Positions 1 through 9,620 of a stretch of 64,000 nucleotides of DNA are shown piece by piece. Made by a program: the position numbers and the translations under genes. This stretch comes from Candidatus Lindowbacteria bacterium RIFCSPLOWO2_12_FULL_62_27. Lineage in GTDB: Bacteria; Lindowbacteria; 2-12-FULL-62-27. Position 1 is the first letter of the stretch, and every line of letters begins with the position of its first letter. The stretch is taken from assembly GCA_001784175.1 (NCBI GenBank), contig MFPR01000001.1, forward strand, positions 62,001 through 126,000. Direction: 5' to 3'. The notes under the pieces were generated by a model that ran no database searches, was not told where the DNA came from, and saw nothing but the letters and a program-made list of their open reading frames with translations.

Positions 1-28
1 GCGCGCGCTCGAACGGGCCGCGCCGCCG

Positions 29-2260
29 ATGCGGGAAACGCTATTTTGGCCGGCCCTCGATACCTTTTCCGACCTCTGCCGGCTCGCGCTCCAGTCCGAC
101 ATCCAGTACCTGCCGGGCATCGGGCCGGCCCGGGCGGAGCACTTCAGGAAAAAAAATATCGACACCGTGCTCGACCTCCTGCTGACCCCGCCCAGAAATT
201 ATCAGGACCGCCGGTCGGTCTCGTGGGTCTCCGAGTCCCAGGTGGGAGAGCAGGTCACGCTGTTCGCGCTGGTGCGGCGGTTCAACGTCATCCGGTCGAG
301 ATACCGCCGGGGCGCAGCCCGGCTCGAAATGTCGGTCCAGAAATGCGCGGCGGAAGTCCGCCCGCAGGATTCCCTGCTCAACGATTCGCTCCTGCCGCCG
401 GACGACCGCGGGCCGGAGCCGCCGGCACAGGAAAGTTTGACGGTGATTTTTTTCGGCCAGCCGTATCTCGAAAAGGTTTTCAAGGCCGGCGACCGGGTCT
501 TTTTCAGTGGCCGCCTGGAGCTGTATCGGGGTCGGCTGCAGCTCATCAATCCGGAATTTGAAGTTGAGCGGGACGAGGAGGCCGCCGAGGCCGGGGAGGC
601 CGGGCCGCCACGATTGGGTGTCATTCCTATATATTCTCTCACGGAGGGCATCACGCAGCGGACGTACCGGCGCCTTGTGTTCCGCGCGGTTCACAACTAC
701 GCGGACCTGTTCGTCGAACACATCCCGCAAAAAATCCGGGACGCGCAGGCGCTGCCGGCGGTGTCCGACGCGATTCACGGCCTGCATTTTCCGGCGGAGC
801 CCGAGGACATCGGCCGCGCGAGGCGCCGGCTCCGCTTTGACGAGCTTTTCCTGTACCAGCTCGTCGTCCTCCACTTGCGGTCGGAGCTTGAGACCCTCTC
901 GAAAAACCGCGCGTACAGCTCCCGCGACCTGGAGGAGCGGTACTTGAAGGCGTTTCGAGGCGATCTGACGCGGGCGCAGAGCCGGGCCTGGGAGGAAATC
1001 CGCGCCGATCTGGACCGCCCGGCCGTGATGAACCGCCTGCTGTTCGGAGACGTCGGGTCGGGCAAGACGCTCGTGGCGGAGCTGGCATGCCTCCATGTGA
1101 TCGGTTCCGGCCATCAGGCGCTGATTCTGGCGCCGACCGAGGTCCTGGCCGAGCAGCATTTCTCGACGCTGCAGCGGGACCTCGAGCCGCTGGGCGTGCG
1201 GGCGGGGCTTTTGAAGGGCGGCATGAGCGCGGCCAAAAAACGGGAATTGAAATCCGGACTCGCCGATGGAACCATCCAGATCATGGTCGGGACGCATGCC
1301 CTGATTCAGGAGGACGTCGCCTTGCATTCGCCTGCCCTCTTCGTCATCGACGAGCAGCACCGCTTCGGCGTGCTCCAGCGCGCGGCGCTGCACGAAAAAG
1401 GATTGAACGCCGACCTTCTCATCATGAGCGCCACCCCGATCCCGCGGACGCTCCAGATGACGCTCTTCGGCGACCTCAATGTCTCCTTCCTCGACGAACG
1501 GCCGCCCGGCGCGCCGCCGCCGCCGAACACGGAGCTGATGCCGGATATCCCGGAGTCGCGCGCGGCCGCCAAAAAAATCATCCTGGCCGCGCTCGAGGCC
1601 GGCGACCGGGTCTACGTCATTTATCCGCTGATTGAGGAATCAGAGGTCATGGATGTCCGGGCCGCGACGGTGCAGAAGGACAGGATTGAAAAAGCGTTCC
1701 CAAAGGCCCGCGTGGGCCTTCTGCACGGCCGGATGGCAAGCGAGGAGAAGGAGTCGGCGTTCCGCAAATTCCGCGACGGCGACATGGACATCCTCGTGTC
1801 GACGACGGTCATCGAGGTCGGCATCGACGTTCCGAAGGCGAACCTGATCGTCATCGAAAACGCCGAGCGATTTGGCCTCTCCCAGCTCCATCAATTGCGC
1901 GGCCGCGTGGGCCGGCACACCCGGCAGGGGCTCTGTGTGGCGTTACACTCATCGAACGCGGGCGCTGAAACCATCGAACGGCTCAGGATTTTCGCCCGGA
2001 CGACCGACGGCGCCAAACTGGCGGAGGAAGACCTGCGCCTGCGCGGCGGCGGCGAATTGTTCGGCACGCGCCAGTGGGGCCTGCCCGATTTCCGTTTCGC
2101 GGACGTCCTCCGGGACACGGAACCGCTCATGGCGGCGCGCGCGGCGGCCGAATCGCTTCTGAAAGACGACCCGCACCTGTTGAAGCCCGAACACCAAATC
2201 CTGCGCAAGACGCTCCTCGACCGCTACCAGGGCCGCTTGCCGCTGGCGAAGGTTTCCTGA
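29..2260 (+). CDS. recG: ATP-dependent DNA helicase RecG
   Basis: Wedge/OB N-terminus, Walker A GDVGSGKT, DEQHRFG, MSATPIPRTL, QLRGRVGR, TRG motif; start codon uncertain. Confidence 0.97.
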   Translation: MRETLFWPALDTFSDLCRLALQSDIQYLPGIGPARAEHFRKKNIDTVLDLLLTPPRNYQDRRSVSWVSESQVGEQVTLFALVRRFNVIRSRYRRGAARLEMSVQKCAAEVRPQDSLLNDSLLPPDDRGPEPPAQESLTVIFFGQPYLEKVFKAGDRVFFSGRLELYRGRLQLINPEFEVERDEEAAEAGEAGPPRLGVIPIYSLTEGITQRTYRRLVFRAVHNYADLFVEHIPQKIRDAQALPAVSDAIHGLHFPAEPEDIGRARRRLRFDELFLYQLVVLHLRSELETLSKNRAYSSRDLEERYLKAFRGDLTRAQSRAWEEIRADLDRPAVMNRLLFGDVGSGKTLVAELACLHVIGSGHQALILAPTEVLAEQHFSTLQRDLEPLGVRAGLLKGGMSAAKKRELKSGLADGTIQIMVGTHALIQEDVALHSPALFVIDEQHRFGVLQRAALHEKGLNADLLIMSATPIPRTLQMTLFGDLNVSFLDERPPGAPPPPNTELMPDIPESRAAAKKIILAALEAGDRVYVIYPLIEESEVMDVRAATVQKDRIEKAFPKARVGLLHGRMASEEKESAFRKFRDGDMDILVSTTVIEVGIDVPKANLIVIENAERFGLSQLHQLRGRVGRHTRQGLCVALHSSNAGAETIERLRIFARTTDGAKLAEEDLRLRGGGELFGTRQWGLPDFRFADVLRDTEPLMAARAAAESLLKDDPHLLKPEHQILRKTLLDRYQGRLPLAKVS

Positions 2261-2261
2261 G

Positions 2262-2804
2262 ATGCGGGTACTGGCCGGCCAGTGGCAGGGGCGCGCGCTC
2301 GGCGCGCCCGAGGGGATCCGGCCGATGACGGAGATGGTCAAACAGGCCATCTTCAACGCGCTCGGCGACGTCTCCGGCGACGCCGTCCTCGATCTATTCG
2401 CCGGGTCCGGCCAGCTCGGGATCGAGGCCCTGAGCCGCGGCGCGACCTTTGTCGCCTTCGTCGAAAAAGAGCGCCGGAACGCCGACCACATCCGCGCGGC
2501 GATCAAGTCCCTCGGCGCGTCGGCCGTTTCCACCCGCGCGCTGGCCATCGACGCCCTCGCGTATATCCCGCAGACCGACTCCGCCTTTGACCTCATTTTC
2601 GCCGATCCACCCTACGAAGAGGGTCTGGTGAGTCCGTGCGTGACCGCGATCGTCCAAAGCCCCGCGATTCTGGCGCCGGGCGGCCGGCTGGTTCTCCGGC
2701 ACACCAAGCACGAGCCGCTCGACGAATCCCTCGTTGCCTCTCTTGAGGCCGGGTTTTCCAGAAGCTATGGTGACGACCGGGTCAGGATCTGGAGAAAAAA
2801 GTAG
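2262..2804 (+). CDS. rsmD: 16S rRNA m2G966 methyltransferase RsmD
   Basis: VLDLFAGSGQLGIEALSRGA, DPPY; recG-rsmD-coaD synteny. Confidence 0.93.
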   Translation: MRVLAGQWQGRALGAPEGIRPMTEMVKQAIFNALGDVSGDAVLDLFAGSGQLGIEALSRGATFVAFVEKERRNADHIRAAIKSLGASAVSTRALAIDALAYIPQTDSAFDLIFADPPYEEGLVSPCVTAIVQSPAILAPGGRLVLRHTKHEPLDESLVASLEAGFSRSYGDDRVRIWRKK

Positions 2805-2818
2805 AAGAGGCGCGAGAG

Positions 2819-3310
2819 ATGAAAGTACTTTACCCCGGCAGTTTTGATCCCATCACGTACGGCCACATCGACGTCATCCGCCGCCTGACCTGCCGGTTTC
2901 CGTTCGTTCACGTCGCGGTCCTCGCCAATCCCGGCAAACAGGAATGGTTCTCCGTGCGCGAGCGCATCGACATGATCCGCCGGTCTCTCAAGGGACTCCG
3001 CAAGGTTCGGATCGATTCCTACGAGGGCCTTCTGGTCGATTATGCCCGGCGGCTCGGCGTGTCGATCATCGTGCGCGGGCTGCGCGCCGTATCGGACTTC
3101 GACGCGGAATTCAAAATGTCCCTCGCCAACAAGGACATGGCGCCCCGCTTGGAAACGCTGTTCATGCTGACCGACAAGCGCTATGCGTTTCTATCGTCGA
3201 GCCTGGTGAAGGAAATCGCGCTCTACGGCGGCCGGCTCGGCAGTTTCGTGCCGCCGCCGGTCGAACGCGCGCTGCGCGCCAAAGTTGACAGCCTGAAACG
3301 CATCGGTTGA
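2819..3310 (+). CDS. coaD: Phosphopantetheine adenylyltransferase
   Basis: YPGSFDPITYGH, RGLRAVSDF, SSSLVKE. Confidence 0.97.
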   Translation: MKVLYPGSFDPITYGHIDVIRRLTCRFPFVHVAVLANPGKQEWFSVRERIDMIRRSLKGLRKVRIDSYEGLLVDYARRLGVSIIVRGLRAVSDFDAEFKMSLANKDMAPRLETLFMLTDKRYAFLSSSLVKEIALYGGRLGSFVPPPVERALRAKVDSLKRIG

Positions 3311-4317
3311 CTGAGCGCATGTTTCTCGAAACCGTCCGATGGCGCGCATCGACGCTGAAAAAGACGATCGTGATGCCGGAGGGAAGCGACGCCCGCGTCC
3401 TGAAAGCCGCCGCGATGGCGCGGGAACGCGGCACGGTGGCGCGGGTTCTGCTCGTGGGCGATCCCGACGCCGTCCGCGTGGCGGCACGGGACACGGGGGT
3501 GCGGATGGCGGACATGGAGGTCGCGGACCCCTTGAAAGACCCCCGGGCGGCCGGCCTCTCCTCCATATTATATATGCGCCGCCGGTCGAAGGGGATGACC
3601 GAGGCGGACGCGATTCAGGCCACGCGGGACCCGTTCATGTTTGGGGCGCTCCTGGTCGCGAGCGGCGCCGCGGACGGGATGGTCGGCGGCTGTTCCGTGC
3701 CGACCGCACATATGATCCGGGCCGGCCTGTGGTGCATCGGCTGTTCGGACGGCGTCCAGACGGTTTCGTCGTTTTTCGTCATGATTCATCCCGACCCGTC
3801 TTTGGGCCACAAGGGTATTTTTCTCTTTGCCGATTGCGCGGTGGTGGTCGATCCGACGCCGGACCAGCTCTGCGACATTGCCGTCTCGACGGTCCGGTCG
3901 GCGGCGTCCCTGATTTCCGATTTTCCTCCGCGCGTCGCGTTTCTGTCCTTCTCGACCAAAGGCTCGGCCGTTCACGACCGCGTGACCAAAGTCCAAAGCG
4001 CCTGCGACAAATTCAAATCCGCCCGGCCGGAGGTCCCGGCCGACGGCGAACTGCAACTGGATGCGGCGATCATCCCCGCCGTGGGCGCGTCGAAAGCGCC
4101 CGGCAGCGCAGTCGCGGGCCGCGCCACCGTCCTTGTGTTTCCCGATCTCGACAGCGGCAACATCGGCTACAAACTCACCCAGCGGCTGGCCGGCGCGCAG
4201 GCCTTCGGCCCGATCCTTCAGGGACTCGCCAAGCCCGTCAACGACCTCTCCCGCGGCGCCTCCGCCGAGGACATCGAAGCCGTCATCGCGCTCACGGCCT
4301 GCCAAGCACAAGGATGA
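3307..4317 (+). CDS. pta: Phosphate acetyltransferase
   Basis: FADCAV, LSFSTKGS, DGELQLDAA, GNIGYKL, NDLSRG; TTG start overlaps the coaD stop. Confidence 0.93.
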   Translation: MTERMFLETVRWRASTLKKTIVMPEGSDARVLKAAAMARERGTVARVLLVGDPDAVRVAARDTGVRMADMEVADPLKDPRAAGLSSILYMRRRSKGMTEADAIQATRDPFMFGALLVASGAADGMVGGCSVPTAHMIRAGLWCIGCSDGVQTVSSFFVMIHPDPSLGHKGIFLFADCAVVVDPTPDQLCDIAVSTVRSAASLISDFPPRVAFLSFSTKGSAVHDRVTKVQSACDKFKSARPEVPADGELQLDAAIIPAVGASKAPGSAVAGRATVLVFPDLDSGNIGYKLTQRLAGAQAFGPILQGLAKPVNDLSRGASAEDIEAVIALTACQAQG

Positions 4318-4790
4318 CCGTCCACCGCTGCGAGTGGTGCGGGGTCGCCCGCGCGGAAATGTCCGACTGCCCGGTCGAGACCGCGCGTGGGTGGCTGACG
4401 GATCCCTTCCAGAAACGGGAGGCGAAATTTTCCGCGTGTTCGGACGGATGCAGGGCGGCGGCGGAGAATTTTTACAAGGAATATCAGACCGGGGTTCGAA
4501 CGTGGGTCGCAGGATTCGCCGTCCTCTTTGGCGCCGCCTTCCTCACGCTGATCCCCTTCGGATATCCCGTCTTCCGGTGGGCCTTGCCCGCGGCGATCGG
4601 CCTTGGCGGGCTGTGGATGGCGCGGACGCCGTGCGCCAACAGTTTCCGGCGCGACGCCTCCGGCAGCCTCAAAACGCCGCTCCGGCGGTCGATCCGCGAC
4701 GTCCGGCTCGCAGGCCTCGTCTTTTTCGCCGTCGGCCTGGTCCTCTGCTGGCTCAACACGCTGCTCCCGCCGTTTCTTACGGCGCCCTGA
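4314..4790 (+). CDS. Hypothetical membrane protein with N-terminal CxxC...CSxxC metal-binding motif
   Basis: ATG overlaps the pta stop (ATGA); CEWC and CSDGC motifs followed by about 3 hydrophobic segments. Confidence 0.65.
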   Translation: MTVHRCEWCGVARAEMSDCPVETARGWLTDPFQKREAKFSACSDGCRAAAENFYKEYQTGVRTWVAGFAVLFGAAFLTLIPFGYPVFRWALPAAIGLGGLWMARTPCANSFRRDASGSLKTPLRRSIRDVRLAGLVFFAVGLVLCWLNTLLPPFLTAP

Positions 4791-4797
4791 GCGGGGG

Positions 4798-7263
4798 CTA
4801 ACCGCGCTTGAGGCCGATCGCGTTCTGAATGAGTTCGTCGGCCGCGCGGATGGCGCGGCTGCTGAATTGGAAGGCGCGCTGGAAAAAGATCAGGTCGGTC
4901 AGTTCATCATCCAGCTTTGAATTCGAATACTCCAGTTTGAAGGGTGAGAGGCGCGAAAGCCCCGCCGGCATCTGATCGATCGATTGGACCACCGGCGCGG
5001 CGGACGCTGCCGTTTCGATGAAGGCCGTGTCGCCCACGCGGCTCAGGCCGCCGGGATTGCGAAACGTGGCGAGGACGAATTGGGCCATGTTTTTCTGCCG
5101 CAGGTTGCTGAACCGGCCGATGACCAGCCCGTTCTCGGCGATCTCGAGCTGGAGGAGGTCCCCCTGGATGTTGCCGTCCACCGCTTCCACGATCGGCTCG
5201 GGCTGTCCCGCGACCTGTGCGAGGTTCGTCAGCGTCGGCGTGATGGTCAGCGCGTTCAACGAGGAATTGGGCGTGAACGTCACGTTCGGCACGCTCGAGT
5301 TGGTGGTGTCGAATTGCCGGTTTGCATCAAAGGCCGCCTTTCCCGAATAGAGATTGGTGGTGCCGGACGTTGCGGAGGCGTCGGTGAACCGGTCGGACGC
5401 GAATTTATAATCGACCAGAAACTTCGTGGTCGATGTGTTGATCTTGTTCGAAAACGACGGCGAAAACGTGATGAGGTTGTCCGACACGTTGTAATGGCCG
5501 ATGGTCGTCTCAAACGTCGCGATGCCCGCGGCGATCGACGAACCCGTCTTGAAGATCATTCCCGGAATGACCTCGTTGCCCGTGTGAATCCCGTACGTCG
5601 TGTCGGCCTTCAGTGTCCCCGCCGCGATCGTGCCGTTCGCGGTCGCCTGGACCTGCCCGACCGGCGTGAAGCTCCAGCTCCCGCTGCCGTCGGCGTTCAC
5701 CGTCAGCGACACGTTGCCGCTCTGGTCGATCGTCGACGTCCAGAACCCGCCGCGCACCGATTCCTTCCGGATGTTCCCGCCGGAGTCGGCGATCACCTGG
5801 GACGAGGCCATCCCCATCGTGGCGTTGTCCGAGGCGCGCTTCATGGTGATCTGATTGGGATCGATGTTCGCATAGGCCTTGATTTGTTTCTGGCCGCTCG
5901 TGATCGTGGCGATGCCGGAATCGGAAAAGGTCTCCTGCGTGAATCCGCTGACCATGTACCCGTAGTCATTCTGCCCGATGTGTTTGAACGTGGTGATCAT
6001 GGTGTGCTGGGTCGTGGGGCTGCTGTCGTCGAAGAGCCCGCCGATCGCCGCAGCCGCGTCGGACTCGTGGTCCGTTTTGAGGATCACCGTCCCGCCGGTG
6101 AGCGCGGTCCCGGCCGTTTTGCGGATCGTGATGCCCGGGATGATGGACGCGGTCGCGCTGTCGGCCGCCGCGAACGTTCCGCTCCCCGACTCGCTGATGA
6201 AACTCTTCCCGTCCGGCACGAACGACCAGGTCACGGCGCCGCTGGCGGCGGTGTTGATCGTCAGCGTGCCGTCCTCCCGGTTCCCGAGATACGCGCCTTC
6301 CACGCTGCTGACGGAACTCGAGTTCGACTGGATGCTGAACGGCCCGACAAGCCCTGTGAAGGACCCGGCCCGCAGGGTGGACACGTCCTGGGTTCGAAAG
6401 GCGACGCCCGGGATGAAATCATGAACTTTGTTCTTCTGGACCATGTTCGCGTCGAAATTGACGAAGTTCTGCGCGTCCGGGATCGTCTGGCCGACTTTCA
6501 AAAACGTCCACGTGCCCGATCCGTCCGCGTTCCATGCAACCTTCAGAATCCCACGGTCCTGATTCTCGTTGAATTTTCCGATCAGGGACTCAAGCTGCGT
6601 GCTGCTGCCGTCTTTCATGACCGTCAGATTGTAGTCCGGGACGTTGGCGTTCAGGCTGCCGCCGATCGAATAGGCTTTCGTCTCGTTGGCCTTGTCGACC
6701 GCCCTCGGGTCGATGGTCAGGTCCGTCACGCTCGTCTGGATGGTCCCATCGCTTTCGTCGGCCAGATATCCGCGCACCACCCATCCCGTGGAGGGGTCGA
6801 CCAGCCGCGGTTTGGTCGTGTACGTCGGGAAGTCGCGCAAAAAGAGCACGCGACCGCCGTCGGTGAACGGGTCGCCGGAGGTGCTGTCGGCCACGCCCGC
6901 GTCGAACACGAAGTGGCCGGCGCGCGTGTAAAAGGTATTGAGGGGCTCGGCCAGGCGCGGATCGCGCAGGACGAAAAATCCCTCGCCGACAATCGCAACG
7001 TCCGAAAACGCGGTCGACGCCTTCACTTCGCCCTGCCGGTGCATCGTATCGATGCTGCTGATGTCAACCCCGTGCCCGGTCTGGACGGGGTTGGCGATCT
7101 CCGTCGCGATGCGATCGGTTCGATTGAAGAGATCGGCAAACGTCGGGCGCTGGGCACGGTATCCCACCGTATTGATGTTCGCGATGTTGTGCCCCAGCAC
7201 GTCAATGCCCGTCTGCTGGGACACCGCCCCATTGTAGCCGATGTAAATGGCTCGATCCACCAT
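4798..7263 (-). CDS. Long flagellar hook/basal-body (FlgE/FlgG family) paralog, about 820 aa
   Basis: N-terminal HNIANINTVGY, DVAIVGEGFF, YTRAGHF; C-terminal FRNPGGL, LEYSN, QRAFQ; start taken at MVDRAIY. Confidence 0.85.
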   Translation of the reverse strand: MVDRAIYIGYNGAVSQQTGIDVLGHNIANINTVGYRAQRPTFADLFNRTDRIATEIANPVQTGHGVDISSIDTMHRQGEVKASTAFSDVAIVGEGFFVLRDPRLAEPLNTFYTRAGHFVFDAGVADSTSGDPFTDGGRVLFLRDFPTYTTKPRLVDPSTGWVVRGYLADESDGTIQTSVTDLTIDPRAVDKANETKAYSIGGSLNANVPDYNLTVMKDGSSTQLESLIGKFNENQDRGILKVAWNADGSGTWTFLKVGQTIPDAQNFVNFDANMVQKNKVHDFIPGVAFRTQDVSTLRAGSFTGLVGPFSIQSNSSSVSSVEGAYLGNREDGTLTINTAASGAVTWSFVPDGKSFISESGSGTFAAADSATASIIPGITIRKTAGTALTGGTVILKTDHESDAAAAIGGLFDDSSPTTQHTMITTFKHIGQNDYGYMVSGFTQETFSDSGIATITSGQKQIKAYANIDPNQITMKRASDNATMGMASSQVIADSGGNIRKESVRGGFWTSTIDQSGNVSLTVNADGSGSWSFTPVGQVQATANGTIAAGTLKADTTYGIHTGNEVIPGMIFKTGSSIAAGIATFETTIGHYNVSDNLITFSPSFSNKINTSTTKFLVDYKFASDRFTDASATSGTTNLYSGKAAFDANRQFDTTNSSVPNVTFTPNSSLNALTITPTLTNLAQVAGQPEPIVEAVDGNIQGDLLQLEIAENGLVIGRFSNLRQKNMAQFVLATFRNPGGLSRVGDTAFIETAASAAPVVQSIDQMPAGLSRLSPFKLEYSNSKLDDELTDLIFFQRAFQFSSRAIRAADELIQNAIGLKRG

Positions 7264-7271
7264 ATCCATCC

Positions 7272-7299
7272 TTATCGGCGCCGGACAGATAAAACTTTT
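7272..7299 (-). promoter_or_regulatory. Putative sigma28 promoter of the hook paralog
   Basis: AAAAGTTT-N12-GCCGATAA versus consensus TAAAGTTT-N11-GCCGATAA. Confidence 0.55.
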
Positions 7300-7312
7300 G
7301 CTCAAGAAATCT

Positions 7313-7340
7313 TAAACCTGCCGGATGGGTCTGCCGAAAG
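7313..7340 (+). promoter_or_regulatory. Putative sigma28-like promoter of the 7351 gene
   Basis: TAAA-N16-GCCGAAAG. Confidence 0.35.
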
Positions 7341-7350
7341 GATGTGAAGC

Positions 7351-7656
7351 ATGGAAAAGCGCTGGATGAACAAAGGCATCATCGCAATCTTGATTCTGAC
7401 GGGCATCTTCGCGTTCAACTATTTCGTGAAAGTGGATTTTGCGTGGCGCATCGGCAGCGCCGAAGCCCACGCCGACCGGCAGGCGCCCCAGACGACCATC
7501 CAGTTGGAGGAAACACGGCCGGTCGTCAACATGCAGGAGGAAACCTACATTCTCTACTCGGACCTGGACGGGGACGGCGACCTGGACATCGCGTACACCA
7601 CGAGCAGCCCCATCCGGTTCATCGAGAACAAGACGATCGAACGGCAGAAGCAGTAG
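7351..7656 (+). CDS. Small exported/membrane-anchored protein with one DxDxDG (FG-GAP/VCBS-like) Ca-binding loop
   Basis: N-terminal hydrophobic helix; SDLDGDGDLDIAY...IRFIEN. Confidence 0.7.
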   Translation: MEKRWMNKGIIAILILTGIFAFNYFVKVDFAWRIGSAEAHADRQAPQTTIQLEETRPVVNMQEETYILYSDLDGDGDLDIAYTTSSPIRFIENKTIERQKQ

Positions 7657-7712
7657 AGCAGCAGGACAGTCAGGGGCCGGCGGCCCCGACCAGAACAGAT
7701 ACCCCATCGTGT

Positions 7713-7771
7713 GGGTGGGCTACCGTACCGTCAGGCGATTCTGCCTCGTGGGGTGGCCCACCCTATTTTTT
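7713..7771 (+). terminator. Stem-loop with T-tract (intrinsic terminator or REP-like palindrome)
   Basis: GGGTGGGCTACC...GGTGGCCCACCC followed by TATTTTTT. Confidence 0.45.
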
Positions 7772-7787
7772 GGGCGTTGCAGGCGCG

Positions 7788-7816
7788 TTGACTTGCCCCG
7801 CCTTTCCGGGTAGATT
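7788..7816 (+). promoter_or_regulatory. sigma70 promoter (leaderless)
   Basis: TTGACT-N17-TAGATT, 6 nt before ATG 7823, no SD. Confidence 0.6.
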
Positions 7817-7822
7817 CACTGC

Positions 7823-8854
7823 ATGAAGGCACTCGCGTTGTTGTCCGGGGGGCTCGATTCGGCGCTCGCGGTTCGCGTCCTGATGGATCAGGGGATCGAG
7901 GTCCAGGCCCTCCATTTTTATACCGGCTTTTGCATCACCGAGCGGAAGCGCCGGATGGGCGTGCTCGATGAGCAGGACCCCCGGCGGTACAAGAGCGATG
8001 CGCTGTCGACCGCGCGGTCGATCGGCGTGCCCGTGGAGGTGCTGGACATTTCGGAGGAGTACATCCGGATGGTAACGCAGCCGAAGCACGGCTACGGCGC
8101 GAACGCCAATCCCTGCATCGACTGCCGCGTCTTCATGCTTCGCGCGGCCGCCGAACATCTGGAGGAATTCGGCGCGTCGTTTGTGATCACGGGCGAGGTC
8201 CTCAACCAGCGGCCGATGAGCCAGCGCCGGCCGACGTTGGGGACGGTCGAGACCGAGGCCGGCCTGCAGGGGCTCCTGCTCCGGCCGCTGTCCGCGAAAC
8301 TTCTGCCTCCCACGATCCCGGAGGAGCGCGGCTGGGTCGACCGCGAGCGTCTCCTGGCGTTCGAGGGCAGAAGCCGCAAACCGCAACTGGAGCTGGCCGC
8401 CCGGTACGGGATCACGGGATTCGCCCAGCCCGCCGGCGGCTGCTGTTTTCTCGCCGACGAAACCTATGCGGAGCGATTCCACGAACTGCTGACGCACAAG
8501 CCCGACCGGACGCTCACGCAGGACGAGGTCATGCTCCTCGGCGCCGGGCGGCATTTCCGCCTGGGCGACGCCACCAAACTGATCGTCGGGCGCGACCGGC
8601 TCGAAAACAATCTGCTGGCCCGATACCGGGCCGGCCGGATTTATCTGACCTGCACCGCCGTCGGCGCCCCCTCGGCGCTCCTCGACGGCCCAGCGGACGA
8701 CGGCGCCGTCCGGCTGGCCGCCGCGGTGATCGCCCGGTACAGCGACGCGCCGCACGGCGAGAACATCCCGGTCGTGGTCGAAAAGGATTCCGTCTCCAGC
8801 GCGCTGTACGTCACGGCCGACAAGAACATGGATCTCGTTCCGCTCAGAATATAA
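7823..8854 (+). CDS. PP-loop tRNA-thiolation-family enzyme (MnmA/ThiI-like) with C-terminal NFACT-R/DUF814-like region
   Basis: SGGLDS, NPCIDCR, TGEVLNQRPMSQ, PAGGCC, GRHFRL...IVGRD. Confidence 0.8.
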   Translation: MKALALLSGGLDSALAVRVLMDQGIEVQALHFYTGFCITERKRRMGVLDEQDPRRYKSDALSTARSIGVPVEVLDISEEYIRMVTQPKHGYGANANPCIDCRVFMLRAAAEHLEEFGASFVITGEVLNQRPMSQRRPTLGTVETEAGLQGLLLRPLSAKLLPPTIPEERGWVDRERLLAFEGRSRKPQLELAARYGITGFAQPAGGCCFLADETYAERFHELLTHKPDRTLTQDEVMLLGAGRHFRLGDATKLIVGRDRLENNLLARYRAGRIYLTCTAVGAPSALLDGPADDGAVRLAAAVIARYSDAPHGENIPVVVEKDSVSSALYVTADKNMDLVPLRI

Positions 8855-8876
8855 TCCCTTCGCCGTTTTTTTGCCG

Positions 8877-9620
8877 ATGAAAATTGTCGCGATCATCCAG
8901 TCCCGGATGACTTCCACGCGCCTGCCCGGAAAAGCCCTCGTGGACATTGCGGGCAAACCGCTGACCGGATGGATCGTGGACCGCGCCCGGCAGTGCCGGC
9001 GGCTGGATGAGGTGGTGCTCGCCATCCCCGCCGAGCCGGAGGACGATCCGCTGGCGCGGCGGTTTTCGTCGAGTTGCCGGATCCATCGGGGATCCCTGCA
9101 CGACGTCCTCGACCGGTACTGGAGCGCGGCCAAAGACAGCGGCGCCGACGCGGTGGTGCGTGTCTGTGGCGACAATCCCCTCTTCGAGGCGCCCATCATG
9201 GACGCCGCCGTCGAACGGTTTCTCGCCGCCGGCGTCGACTACGCCAACACGCTCGGCTGTCCAATTGGAATCGGCGCGGAAGTCTTCCGGTACGACGCGC
9301 TGGACCGCGCGCATCGGGAGGCGACCGAGGCTTATCAACACGAGCACGTGACGCCCTACTTGTACGAATCTCCGGGCCGGTTTCGCACCACCGGATTCGA
9401 CATGAGCGATCTCACGCACGGCGTCGGCAAGTCCGGCGTCCGGCTCACGGTCGACACGCCGGAGGACCTGGAGGTCATCCGCGAGATTTTCAAACGGCTC
9501 CTGCCTCTGAATCTGCAGTTTGGGCTGAAGGAAATCGCGGACCTGATCCGGGCCGACGGCGCGCTCTTTAAAAAAAATCTGCACGTGCGCCAGAAATCGT
9601 TCAAGGAGTCCGAAACATGA
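8877..9620 (+). CDS. SpsF-family cytidylyltransferase-like protein
   Basis: IIQSRMTSTRLPGK, GSLHDVLDRY, VRVCGDNP, EHVTPY, RLTVDTPED. Confidence 0.85.
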   Translation: MKIVAIIQSRMTSTRLPGKALVDIAGKPLTGWIVDRARQCRRLDEVVLAIPAEPEDDPLARRFSSSCRIHRGSLHDVLDRYWSAAKDSGADAVVRVCGDNPLFEAPIMDAAVERFLAAGVDYANTLGCPIGIGAEVFRYDALDRAHREATEAYQHEHVTPYLYESPGRFRTTGFDMSDLTHGVGKSGVRLTVDTPEDLEVIREIFKRLLPLNLQFGLKEIADLIRADGALFKKNLHVRQKSFKESET

